A stretch of DNA of 63,937 nt, the filler included, from Myxococcota bacterium (GTDB lineage: Bacteria > Myxococcota_C > UBA6777): assembly GCA_023150835.1 (NCBI GenBank). It is 7 parts of 7 records of this genome, joined end to end, with 100 filler letters (N's around TTAATTAATTAA, not from the genome) between each part and the next. Parts side by side here need not be neighbours in the genome. Positions count along the whole stretch, not along the records: positions 35,062 to 48,317 come from JAKLKB010000190.1; 6 more parts are not named here. One strand, written 5' to 3'. The position numbers and the translations under genes are program-made. Each line of letters opens with the position of its first letter. The first letter of the stretch is position 1. Positions 35,446 to 45,108 of this stretch are shown piece after piece. The notes beneath the pieces are model-generated. The model had not been told where the DNA came from. It was given only the letters and a program-made list of their open reading frames with translations, and did no database searches.

Positions 35446-37644
35446 ATGCAAACAGGCCAAGACGACCTTTCTTTTGCGGGGCGCAGCATAGAGCGGCCCA
35501 CACAAGAGATCAAGACGCCCCGTCGCCGCCTGTTGCGTTGGTTTGTCCTCCTCTTCGCATCCATCGGCTTCGCGCTCCTCTGCTTCGTCGGCTTCGTCTG
35601 GTGGGCTTGTCGCGATCTCCCTGATCTATCCAAGATCCAAAACTACCGTCCTTGGGGCATTACACGCATCGTTGACCGCGACGGACAAGTCGTCGCCGAG
35701 TTTGCCGATCAGCGCCGCACACCCATCCCTTATTCCGAGATGCCGCGCCACCTGATCCAAGCCGTTGTCGCCGCCGAAGATGCCGACTTTTTCAAACACA
35801 AAGGACTCGATTACACGGGCATTCTTCGCGCTTTTTGGAAAAATCTCTGGCGCAGACGCGGCTCTCCCAAACAAGGCGGCTCCACCATCACCCAACAAGT
35901 CGTCAAAACCTTCTTGTTGACCTCCGACCAGTTTTACATCCGAAAGATCCGAGAGGCCGTACTCGCACGACAACTCGAACAATACCTCAAAAAAGAAGAG
36001 ATCCTCTACCTTTACCTCAACCAGATCTACTTTGGCCGCTTTTGCTACGGTGTCGAAGAAGCCGCACGATTCTACTTCCACAAAAGCGCACGCCAACTCA
36101 ACCTCTCCGAAAGCGCCATCCTTGCGGGTGTTCCCAAAAATCCCGAGCGCTACAACCCCGCCCACTCCATCCCTCTGACCGAACGCCGACGCCGCTATGT
36201 GTTGCGCATGATGTTGCGCAATGGATGGATCGATCCACCCACCTTCACAAAAACCCTACAAATCCCCATCCTACGCCCCACCACAGCCCCATCTCCCCCG
36301 CTCCAAGACGACTACTACACCGACACCGTCCGCCGAGAAACCCTCAAAAAGCTTCAAGAGTCCCTTGCTTCCACGCTTTCTGATCCGACCAAACGTGCCG
36401 AGCGTGCCCGTGAATTATTCTATCGCAGCGCTCTGCGCATCGAAACGCCCCTTGATACCGCCCTCCAGATCCAAACCCAACAGCTCCTCGCCAAACACCT
36501 CCAACGCCTCCATCCCACCGACCCGATCTCTTCTCCCTCCTCACAACCCTCTCCCTCCTCACAAACCTCTCACAAGACGCCTTCTCTGCTGGCGCATCCT
36601 TCTCACCAGACGCCTCTCCAAGGCGCGGTCGTCCTTCTTGAGCCGCACACTCGCCTTGTTCGCGCACTTGTCGGCGGAAACGACTATCGCCAAAGCCCCT
36701 TCAATCGAGCCGTACAAGCCCGCCGTCCACCCGGCTCTGCTTTCAAACCGATCCTCTACGCCGCCGCCATCGAATCCCGCCAGTACACCGCCGCAAGCCT
36801 CGTCAACGATGCTTTCTTTGCTGTCCTCCAAGACGGCAAACGCTGGATCCCGCAAAACAACAACCGAGCCTACAGCAACCGACAAATCCGCATCCGCGAA
36901 GCCCTCGCTCAATCCATCAACACCGTCGCCGTCCGCGTCATGGATACCCTCACTCCCAACCGCGTGATCGAGATGGCTCAACGCCTCGGTATCCACGATC
37001 CGCTCGAACCCCGACTCCCCCTTGCTCTCGGCGCTTCCGCGATCCAGCCTCTTGCCCTCACCAATGCCTACGCCACCTTTGCCGCGCAGGGTGTCTTTGA
37101 TGATCCCGCGCTGATCGAACGCATCCTCGACTCAAAAGGCCACGCCCTTTACCAACGCCTGCCCAATCCGCGTGGTGTGCTTTCTTCTGCCGTCGCTTAC
37201 GTCATGACCTCCATGCTCGAAGAAGTCGTCAAGTCCGGCACCGCGCAATCCGCACTCCGCCTTGCCCGACCCATCGCAGGAAAAACGGGCACCACCAATC
37301 AGACCCGAGATGCTTGGTTTGTCGGATATTCTCCTCAATGGTGCGCAGGCATCTGGATCGGCTTCGATGACCGCCGACCCATCGGACCCTCAGGCACAGG
37401 CAGCCTCGCTGCCCTCCCCCTCTTCCTCGACCTCTTTTCCCTCCCTGCTCTCCGCTCCGCCCCTGCCCTCCCCTTCCCCACCGCCGAAGAACTCCGATTC
37501 GTCAAGATCGACCCCAAAACAGGCTATCGCGCACCACCCGATCACCCCGCTGTCCTCGAAGTCTTCCTCCTCGGCACCGAACCCCGACGCTTCGCCTCCT
37601 CCTCCAACCTGCTCCACCCCGATGACTTCTCCAGACTTCCTTAA
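35446..37644 (+). CDS. class A penicillin-binding protein (PBP1A family transglycosylase/transpeptidase)
   Basis: AAEDADFFKHKG, QGGSTITQQVVK, RKIRE, YLNQIYFG; transpeptidase SAFK, SIN and KTG motifs; N-terminal TM. Confidence 0.95.
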   Translation: MQTGQDDLSFAGRSIERPTQEIKTPRRRLLRWFVLLFASIGFALLCFVGFVWWACRDLPDLSKIQNYRPWGITRIVDRDGQVVAEFADQRRTPIPYSEMPRHLIQAVVAAEDADFFKHKGLDYTGILRAFWKNLWRRRGSPKQGGSTITQQVVKTFLLTSDQFYIRKIREAVLARQLEQYLKKEEILYLYLNQIYFGRFCYGVEEAARFYFHKSARQLNLSESAILAGVPKNPERYNPAHSIPLTERRRRYVLRMMLRNGWIDPPTFTKTLQIPILRPTTAPSPPLQDDYYTDTVRRETLKKLQESLASTLSDPTKRAERARELFYRSALRIETPLDTALQIQTQQLLAKHLQRLHPTDPISSPSSQPSPSSQTSHKTPSLLAHPSHQTPLQGAVVLLEPHTRLVRALVGGNDYRQSPFNRAVQARRPPGSAFKPILYAAAIESRQYTAASLVNDAFFAVLQDGKRWIPQNNNRAYSNRQIRIREALAQSINTVAVRVMDTLTPNRVIEMAQRLGIHDPLEPRLPLALGASAIQPLALTNAYATFAAQGVFDDPALIERILDSKGHALYQRLPNPRGVLSSAVAYVMTSMLEEVVKSGTAQSALRLARPIAGKTGTTNQTRDAWFVGYSPQWCAGIWIGFDDRRPIGPSGTGSLAALPLFLDLFSLPALRSAPALPFPTAEELRFVKIDPKTGYRAPPDHPAVLEVFLLGTEPRRFASSSNLLHPDDFSRLP

Positions 37645-37671
37645 CCCATCCCTTCTGTTTTTTCTTTTTTT

Positions 37672-37786
37672 GGGGCGCTGCCCCATACCCCGCAAGGGAC
37701 CGATGGCCCCTTGACCCCATATCGGCGAGGCGAGCAGACGTTTTTCAAACCCACAACAGCACCGCTTGAAACAGCGCGAACACGGC
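37672..37786 (+). repeat. family B palindromic element
   Basis: GGGGCGCTGCCCCATACCCCGCAAGGG...CCCTTGACCCC...TTTTTCAAACC...CGCTTGA...GCGAACACGG. Confidence 0.8.
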
Positions 37787-37864
37787 TTTGTTCTGCTACA
37801 TCACACACATCTCCATGCCAGATCACCCGTACTGAGAGGGTGTCTAACATAGCGAGATCTGAAC

Positions 37865-37990
37865 GCGATATCTCCGCGTAATGTATGATCGCATGATGTA
37901 GGGGCGGTTCGCGAACCGCCCGATGGTTGGGCAGCCACAGGGGGCTGCCCCTACATTTTTACGATCACACTACGGGCGGATCTCGTATGA
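37865..37990. repeat. family C REP-like element with an extra GTAG hairpin variant
   Basis: GTAGGGGCGGTTCGCGAACCGCCC next to GGGCAGCCACAGGGGGCTGCCCCTAC. Confidence 0.78.
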
Positions 37991-38149
37991 CTTTCTCGCA
38001 TGGCTGCGCGAAGTCCACGCCCTCTGGGGCGAAGGCGACTTCGATCACAACCACATCTAACCGACCTTCCTCATCCAACCCCAAATCAAACACTTTTAAG
38101 CGCATCTTTTTATTCTGATCCTTTGTTCAATATACCAATCCTCCACGCC

Positions 38150-38250
38150 TTGGGGGGGACTCCCCCCCAAACCCCCCTCTGCCCCTTGCTTCGCTTCGGC
38201 TTCGTGCGCTTCCGGCTTCGCTTCTTCGCGCTACTCCGCCTTCGCTTCGC
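38150..38250 (-). other. hairpin cluster downstream of the FGE-domain gene (possible DGR cis element or terminator)
   Basis: TTGGGGGGG-AGT-CCCCCCCAA stem-loop (38150-38170) and three GCGAAGC mini-hairpins on the coding strand (38188, 38215, 38244). Confidence 0.55.
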
Positions 38251-38322
38251 TTTCTCTCCTTAAACACCTTCTCTTTTTCTCCCGTCATTTTCCCAAACCC
38301 TGAAACGGTAAAACGCCAAACC

Positions 38323-39600
38323 TTAATGCCTGAGCAACCGAAAACCGACATCGTGGCCGGCGTCCGCTGGCGCGTTCCCGCCGCGATTCGCTGACCGCAA
38401 GCGCTGCGCGTTGCCGCTCCAACTACCGCCCCGACCGCCGCGGTCCGACGCCGCTGCTACGTAGACTGGATCAACCGCTCCTAGCTCCTGATATGCTGTG
38501 TCCTTGTACCCGTCATACACCCACTCCCATACATTCCCGTGCATATCGCACAACCCCCATGCGTTCCGCCCTAAACTACACACCTCTATCGTCTTCGACC
38601 GATACTCCCCCTTCTCGCAATTCGTTTGGGGGTTGTTCCCATCGTAGTTCGCTTGTCCTGCTGAGATGCAGTCCCCTGTGTGATACGCCGTCTTTGTTCC
38701 TCCTCGCGCTGCGTATTCCCACTCCGCTTCCGTCGGCAACCTCCATCCCTTGCACTTCACATAATCGCTTCCCTTGTTTCCCACTCCCTCGCATTGCATC
38801 TTTTCCCCCTCACCAATACACACAAAGCACTTCTCCAGTCCCCCCTTTTCCGACAACTTGTTCGCATACGCCGCTGCTTGATGCCAATTCACACCTTCTA
38901 TCGGACACTTTTCTCCACAATTCTTGTGCCCAAGCTTTTTTGGCGCGCTTCCCATCACTTCTTTCCATTGCCCTTGTGTCACCTCGCTTTCCATCATCCA
39001 ATACCCCCGACTTATCCGCACCGTCCGTTGTGGCCCTTCATCCTTGTCTCGATTCGGCTCATTCGACGGACTCCCCATCACAAATTCCCCTGCCGGAATC
39101 CAACGCATCCGACCCGACGACAGTCCCTGAATCTCGCGTGGTGTCCCTGCCATCAGATGCTGCGCCAAAGCACGCAACCGAGCGATCCGAAGCCGAAGAT
39201 CCGAAGAGACCTCCGATATCTGCTTCTGTAGTGCTTCACGTAACAATGTCCGTTCTACGAACTGGGCGACGTTGTGCTTTTTCAGCCATTCCGCTTGATT
39301 TGCTGCTTCTTTCTCGATCCGCCCCTTAAGTGCGTCGTATTGCTGCTTGATCTCTGCGGCTTGCTTGTGTTGGTTGGCTTCCAACACCATCAAACGCCCT
39401 TCGATCCGACTCATCTTCTGCGTCAAACGCTCCAGCTTTTCGTTCAACTGCTTCAACAGCAACACCAACGACACGCCTTGCCGCCCCGACCCTCCTTCTT
39501 GCGATTCCACCCGTTCCTTCGGCTTTTCTGCATACCCATCCCCAAACACCCACATCACCCCCATCATCCACGCGCACAACCACAACGCTCTTTTTCCCAT
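38323..39600 (-). CDS. exported coiled-coil + formylglycine-generating-enzyme (SUMF1/CLec-fold) domain protein; candidate DGR target
   Basis: AAGGAG RBS; signal peptide; IPAGEFVMGSP, EVTQGQW, WRLPTEAEWEYAARGG, NAWGLCDMHGNVWEW, RGGSW...R.A.R...GFRL. Confidence 0.9.
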   Translation of the reverse strand: MGKRALWLCAWMMGVMWVFGDGYAEKPKERVESQEGGSGRQGVSLVLLLKQLNEKLERLTQKMSRIEGRLMVLEANQHKQAAEIKQQYDALKGRIEKEAANQAEWLKKHNVAQFVERTLLREALQKQISEVSSDLRLRIARLRALAQHLMAGTPREIQGLSSGRMRWIPAGEFVMGSPSNEPNRDKDEGPQRTVRISRGYWMMESEVTQGQWKEVMGSAPKKLGHKNCGEKCPIEGVNWHQAAAYANKLSEKGGLEKCFVCIGEGEKMQCEGVGNKGSDYVKCKGWRLPTEAEWEYAARGGTKTAYHTGDCISAGQANYDGNNPQTNCEKGEYRSKTIEVCSLGRNAWGLCDMHGNVWEWVYDGYKDTAYQELGAVDPVYVAAASDRGGRGGSWSGNAQRLRSANRGGNAPADAGHDVGFRLLRH

Positions 39601-39844
39601 CGATGTTTTCTCCTTTTTGGCTCAAACATTCCGTATTTTACGAAACAGCGGGATCTTCTTTGGATCTACATCCGCTCTGCCTCGCGCTGTAAACGCCCTG
39701 CCCTTGAGCTGCTACAGGGGACAGCCCCTACCCTTTCGAGCACACAACGAGCGGATTTCGTATTCTACCCAAGAATAGCAGCAATCCATGCCGGCTTCAT
39801 TCCAAAAAGTGAAAAAGGTGCTCTGCAAGACGCAGAAAGAAAAA

Positions 39845-40176
39845 ACCCGTGTCCGCCCCCCCCAAGCGACACCGTTGTTGTTTTGAAAAACCGCTGTTTG
39901 CCTCGCCAACACGGGGTCAAGGGGCGACAGTCCCTTGCGGGGCGTGGGGCAGCGCCCCATAGGCGTTAGGTTAAGGTGAAAACCTCGTAGAGTCGGTCTT
40001 GATCGCCTTTTCTTTTGTTCTCCCCCCCTCAATCCCCCCGTGAACGGGGGGAAGTTGGAACGGGCAGCGAACAAAATCCCCGATGCTTCCGACTTTCGCT
40101 CCCTCCCCTGTTCACGGGGGAGGGCGGGGTGGGGGGCTTTCCTCCGCTTAACAAGGCGCGTATGGGGCAGCGCCCC
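39845..40176. mobile_element. family B + family A composite element with inverted core
   Basis: Core between TTAA 39971-39974 and TTAA 40148-40151 is reversed relative to its flanks compared with 57938-58170. Confidence 0.78.
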
Positions 40177-40188
40177 AAAAACACAAAA

Positions 40189-43134
40189 TTAGAGGCAGTG
40201 TTGGCCGCCTTGGGAGGAGATGGTTTGGCAGCTAAGGAAAGAGGCGGTGCATTTGAAGTCGGCGGAGGCACAGCGTTCTAAGCAAGCTCCGCCGCCGTTG
40301 TTGAGAGAGAAGCAATCCCAACCATTCGGACAGCCCGAAGGATTCGTACCCGGGCTGCAAACAGGCGAACAGAACGAGCGGTAGGGTGTCTCAGGCCCAC
40401 CAAGGCACAGATGCGCAGAAGGACAGCGGGTGGTGGCATTGTCGCAAGGGGCGTAGGCAAGGACATCTTTGATCGGATCTTCGCGACAGATGTATTGTGC
40501 GCTTGGATCGCGCTGGCAGGAGAGACCAGTTTCGCAGAGCTTGGCGTCGGCAGCGTTGCAAGCAGCGTCCTTTGCGACGGAAGTTCCGCAGTATCCCAAA
40601 GTGCCGAGCCGCAAACAGGTCTTTCCACCACCACAAGCAGGATTGGCAAGATCGCAAGGCTTGACACAACGCGCTCCGCTGGCATCAGGCGCATTCAAGC
40701 AGCGCAAACCCTCGGCGCAACGGAGGTTATCGGCTGCACGCACCAACGTCTCGCAAGCCTCGCCTTCTTGTGCTGTTCCCGCGATCACCAAGGAGGCCGC
40801 AGGTTGGCAGATATTGACCGATGCACCACCAAGAGAGATCGCTTGGCAACTCCCAAGCTCGGGAGGACAGTCTTTTCCGCCACGTTGGGGATTACAGGTC
40901 AACAGGCACGCCCCCCCTGCTGCAGTTCCTTGGCTGTTGCGCAGCCCCACACAACGCGACAAAGCCGTCGTGATCGCGGTCCATGTTTTCCCATCGTCTT
41001 GGCTGAAAAACACCGTCCCACCGTCGCCTGAGACCAAAACATTTGCCCCGCGAAACGCCAAACCATACAACATCCGATTTTCAGGGAAGGTCGGTTTGGC
41101 CCATGTACCGGCTTCTTCTCGCAAGAAGATGCCCGAAGCCCCCGACGCATAGGATTTTCCAGATCCTACAGCTACCGCAAGGATCTCTGCCGTCGTACCC
41201 GAAGTGTCCTTTTGCCAGTTTTGCCCGTCTGTGGTCGAAAGCAAGACGCCGTTGGCTCCGCCGATCAAACCGATCTTTCCCGTTGCGACCTTGTCACGGG
41301 CCAAAGCAACGGCCCCGAGATCTTCGGTGACACCCGCAACTGTGACGGTCGTCCAGCTTTGCCCCGCATCGGTCGAACGCACGATGGTTGCGGCAGTTCC
41401 GACGATCATCCAAGCAGGAGTCGGGGCGGTGCCTTGGTCGGCTCCGACCGCAACGGCTTTCAACACCGCACCGCTTGCCAGCCCTGCGATCGAAGCAGTT
41501 TGCCATGTTTTGCCTTCATCCGTCGAACGCAAGACCGTCTGCTTGGAACCGATGACAAGAGCGGCGGTTCCATCTTCGGAAAGCGCGACATCCACAAAGT
41601 CCACTCCTGCGGGGATCGCCGAAGAGACCACTTGTTTCCACGTCACACCGCTGTCTTCGGAGCGCAAGATCACACCGCGCTCTCCCACCACCAAGACCAA
41701 CTGACCGGACTTTGCAGCCGCGATCCCACGATACACCACCGCACGCGGCGAAGCCGTCCGCTCCCACGCTGCCCCCGCATTGGAAGACACAAAGATCTCT
41801 CCTAGCGCGCCCGTCGCAAGGACTTTTTGATCACTCAGCCACACAAGATCGTAAAGCGTCCCCGCAGACAAGACACCACACAGCCGCGCAGAAGTCGCTG
41901 TCCCCAATGAACAATCGGGCAAGCAGATCGCAGGGGTGGTTTGCGATATCTGCAAGGCACGACTGCCCGTTGCACACGCCGTCTGATCATCCAAAACACT
42001 CCCACCCACAAGCGCTTTTTTACAAGCTCGCGTCGTACCCGAGACCACTTCGCAACGCTCTCCTGCTTGGCAACCTGCATCGTTGGTGCAGCGGGTCAAG
42101 CAACGCGCAGACAGCGGAAAGCTCGCATCATCGGGGATACACAGATCGTTGTTGCCTTTGCACTGTTTTCCGCCAAGACAAGCACCGCCCGTCTCCGATG
42201 CCTTAAAGCAAAAAACACCGACGACATTCGAGCCATTAAACCCACGACAGACTTCGTCGGTCGCACAATCGGTTTGCGTACCGCATCGCTTTAAGCAACG
42301 CCCCAACACGCCCACCAGTTGGCTCGGAACGCACGTCGCCCCCGCCTCGCAAGAGTCTTCGACCGCACAAGCCTGTCCTGTTTTTCGGGCCGTCTTGCAA
42401 GCTTTGATCGGTTGGTCTGCGGAAAGCGCTTCGCAATTTTTCCCCGTCCCACAAGCGTTTGCATCCGCACTGCAATCTTTCTGACAAACCCAGTAAGTTC
42501 CTGTCGTTCCATAACGCATACAAGTCAGCCCTTCCGCGCAAGCCTGCGTGTTGGCGCAAGACTCGCCATCTCCGACTTGTTTGGCGCAGACAAAGATCCC
42601 CGTAGATTGGCGGGTTTTGGTGTCGTAGGTTTCCGCACACCGCGTTCCCGCTGGACAAGCCGAAGGATTGTCTTTGGAACACTCTTTGAGACAGATCCCC
42701 ACAGGCTGCGGCGCACCTTCTTCTGGACTGGTTTGGCGAAGCTCCGCACACGCGAGGCCCGTTCCACAACGATCATACCACCACGCCAAACGACGCGGAT
42801 CACACGTCTGGCCCTCTTTGCGGATCGCGGGTGGCTCGGCTTCAACGATCGCTTCGGGCTGCGCCTCCACCTGTGCCTCGGGCTGCGACTCTTCAGGCCC
42901 CGCTTCAGGCGTCACTTCTGCCGCAGATTCGGCCACAGGCTCCACAACCACCTCGGCAGGCTGCGACTCCTGCGGCTTTTCCGAAGGCTCCGCACACTTT
43001 CCATTTAAGCAGATCCGCCCTCCTGTGCATTGTTGATCATTTTGGCACACAGCAGGCTCACCACACGCTTGCAGCCACAAGCCGCACAGCACCACCACAC
43101 AAAACACCCCAAACCCTCGAACCCGACGCATCAT
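40189..43134 (-). CDS. large Cys-rich putative lipoprotein with central YCF48/BNR (Asp-box) beta-propeller
   Basis: AGGAGG RBS; signal ending LQAC; Asp boxes SEDSGVTW, STDEGKTW, STDAGQSW, SQDDGKTW flanked by Cys-rich modules. Confidence 0.87.
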   Translation of the reverse strand: MMRRVRGFGVFCVVVLCGLWLQACGEPAVCQNDQQCTGGRICLNGKCAEPSEKPQESQPAEVVVEPVAESAAEVTPEAGPEESQPEAQVEAQPEAIVEAEPPAIRKEGQTCDPRRLAWWYDRCGTGLACAELRQTSPEEGAPQPVGICLKECSKDNPSACPAGTRCAETYDTKTRQSTGIFVCAKQVGDGESCANTQACAEGLTCMRYGTTGTYWVCQKDCSADANACGTGKNCEALSADQPIKACKTARKTGQACAVEDSCEAGATCVPSQLVGVLGRCLKRCGTQTDCATDEVCRGFNGSNVVGVFCFKASETGGACLGGKQCKGNNDLCIPDDASFPLSARCLTRCTNDAGCQAGERCEVVSGTTRACKKALVGGSVLDDQTACATGSRALQISQTTPAICLPDCSLGTATSARLCGVLSAGTLYDLVWLSDQKVLATGALGEIFVSSNAGAAWERTASPRAVVYRGIAAAKSGQLVLVVGERGVILRSEDSGVTWKQVVSSAIPAGVDFVDVALSEDGTAALVIGSKQTVLRSTDEGKTWQTASIAGLASGAVLKAVAVGADQGTAPTPAWMIVGTAATIVRSTDAGQSWTTVTVAGVTEDLGAVALARDKVATGKIGLIGGANGVLLSTTDGQNWQKDTSGTTAEILAVAVGSGKSYASGASGIFLREEAGTWAKPTFPENRMLYGLAFRGANVLVSGDGGTVFFSQDDGKTWTAITTALSRCVGLRNSQGTAAGGACLLTCNPQRGGKDCPPELGSCQAISLGGASVNICQPAASLVIAGTAQEGEACETLVRAADNLRCAEGLRCLNAPDASGARCVKPCDLANPACGGGKTCLRLGTLGYCGTSVAKDAACNAADAKLCETGLSCQRDPSAQYICREDPIKDVLAYAPCDNATTRCPSAHLCLGGPETPYRSFCSPVCSPGTNPSGCPNGWDCFSLNNGGGACLERCASADFKCTASFLSCQTISSQGGQHCL

Positions 43135-43299
43135 TTGACAAAAACCTCCTGAGAAGACGCACCTTCTCCATCCCAAAACGGAGACAAGGATGGGTTGTTG
43201 TATGGTTTTTCTTTGCCTCGGTCAACCGTAGCACGGGTTTTTTGTTCGCTGCGTCCATCCGATCTGGGCCTCGACCTGTGCTGTTCCTGTGCGCAGTCA

Positions 43300-43410
43300 T
43301 ACGAATCCGCAGGACGTGCCATCGAAAAAGGTAGGAGCAGCCCCCTGTGGCCCGACCACTGGGCGTTTACAACGGATCGCATCGACGTCTCGTGTGTGCT
43401 TCTCACAAAG
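43300..43410. repeat. degenerate family C element
   Basis: GTAGGAGCAGCCCCCTGTGGCCCGACC...GGGCGTTTAC. Confidence 0.6.
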
Positions 43411-43585
43411 TATCGTAGGCGTCGATCCCTAGCCGCTTGACAAGCTGCGCTTTTTCTTTCTACATTGCCGCTTTATGCCGTAACGCGGAGGCGATCCGCC
43501 ACGTCAAGCAGACGCTGTGCGTATCCAACGATGCTTGAAGCCTCCTCGATACATCCCCAACATCCGAACGAAACGAGACCTTGCC

Positions 43586-44368
43586 ATGAAACGTATCTGT
43601 TTTGTCTTTTCGATCACCCTTCTTTGGGCAGCAAGCCTCGCTTGTAGCCCCGCCAACAACCCCCTCCCCTGCAACCAAGATTACAACTGCGTCTCTGGCG
43701 AAAAGTGCTACCAAGGCTTTTGCACCCCCGCCGACAAAGTCCCCGTCAGCAACACCGAGACCACCACCGAGACCACCAACACACCCGACGGCGGAACCCC
43801 CGATAGCAGCGCCGCTGAGACCGCCCCAGAAACCACCAACAACCCCGAAACGACGCCAGAAACCACCCCCAATCCCGTCGATTATCCCGCAGGCCCCTAT
43901 GGTGCGGATGTTGGCGAAGTCAGCATCAATATCGATCTCGAAACGTGCGCAGATCCGAGCAAGCGCGTCAGCCTCAAACAATACTTCAAAGACAACGGCG
44001 TCAAAGTGCTTTACCTCAGCGTCCACACAGGCTGGTGTCCAAGCTGTAAGTCACAAGCCCAAACCCTCGAACCCATCTACCAAAAATACAAAGCCAAAGG
44101 TCTGATGGTGTGGAACATCATGACCGAAGACGCCAACGCAGGCGGCGGCAAGATCACTTCCCAATACTGCGTCGCTCACGGCGCACAATACAAATACACC
44201 TTCCCGCTTTTGCGCGACGAAGGCAGCGCCCTCATGCGCAAGTTCTTCGACCGCAACGCTGTCCCCCTCACCATGCTGATCCGCACCTCCGACATGAAGA
44301 TCCTTTACAAACTCTCTGGCTCTATCCCCGATCGCATCGAAGGCTTGATCGCCACCGAACTCCAATAA
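43586..44368 (+). CDS. putative lipoprotein: Cys-rich N-terminus + thioredoxin-like (redoxin) domain
   Basis: Lipobox SLAC; C-x5-C-x5-C-x4-C knot; Thr/Pro/Glu linker; WCPSC active site; AVP cis-Pro loop. Confidence 0.85.
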   Translation: MKRICFVFSITLLWAASLACSPANNPLPCNQDYNCVSGEKCYQGFCTPADKVPVSNTETTTETTNTPDGGTPDSSAAETAPETTNNPETTPETTPNPVDYPAGPYGADVGEVSINIDLETCADPSKRVSLKQYFKDNGVKVLYLSVHTGWCPSCKSQAQTLEPIYQKYKAKGLMVWNIMTEDANAGGGKITSQYCVAHGAQYKYTFPLLRDEGSALMRKFFDRNAVPLTMLIRTSDMKILYKLSGSIPDRIEGLIATELQ

Positions 44369-44424
44369 CCCCCGCCATCCACACCGACCCTCCGCCCCTT
44401 TCCACTACCCTCAAAGGATCAATT

Positions 44425-45108
44425 ATGCCACTTCTTGACCCGATGCTTCCGCCTCAAACGATCCCGCCCCACCTGCCCCATCGGTCGCTGCCTTTGCGAC
44501 TGGACCGAGGCTTCCGTCCCCTATTATCGCAGACAGGCCGAGGGGTGCGCCACACAGCAAAGCTCGCACTCGTTTTCCTCGGACTGATGGGGTGGATCGG
44601 GTGTACAGGAACACAAACCAAGACGGATGCCAACACCCCCGCTGCAAGCAAGTTTGTGGCCCAAGAAGCGGCCCCTGCCCCGAGATTTCAACTGCGTGAT
44701 CTACGCGGAGAGACCCACAGTCTCGATGCTTTGCGTGGAAAGGTCGTCTTGCTGAACTTTTGGGCGACATGGTGCGCACCTTGCCTCAAAGAACTCCCGC
44801 ATTTTCAAAAGATGCACGAACAATACAAAGCCCAAGGTCTGGAGATCGTCACCGTCAGCGTCGATGAAGCCCAAACAGTCGCCCAAGTCGGACCCTTGAT
44901 CAACCGCTACGGCTACAGCTTCCGCGTGCTGCTCGATACCGAAGGCCGCGTTGTCACACAATACAATCCCAACCGACACAATCCTTTTTCCGCCCTGATC
45001 GACCACAAAGGCAACCTGCGCATGACCCACCAAGGCTACACCCCGGGCGACGAGATCGAGATGGAAAAAAAAGTCAAGCTCCTGCTCCAAGAAGCCGCAG
45101 CCAAGTAA
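44425..45108 (+). CDS. TlpA/ResA-family thiol-disulfide oxidoreductase
   Basis: AP.F.L.DL.G...GKVVLLNFWATWCAPCLKELP; lipobox-like WIGC; start uncertain. Confidence 0.92.
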   Translation: MPLLDPMLPPQTIPPHLPHRSLPLRLDRGFRPLLSQTGRGVRHTAKLALVFLGLMGWIGCTGTQTKTDANTPAASKFVAQEAAPAPRFQLRDLRGETHSLDALRGKVVLLNFWATWCAPCLKELPHFQKMHEQYKAQGLEIVTVSVDEAQTVAQVGPLINRYGYSFRVLLDTEGRVVTQYNPNRHNPFSALIDHKGNLRMTHQGYTPGDEIEMEKKVKLLLQEAAAK

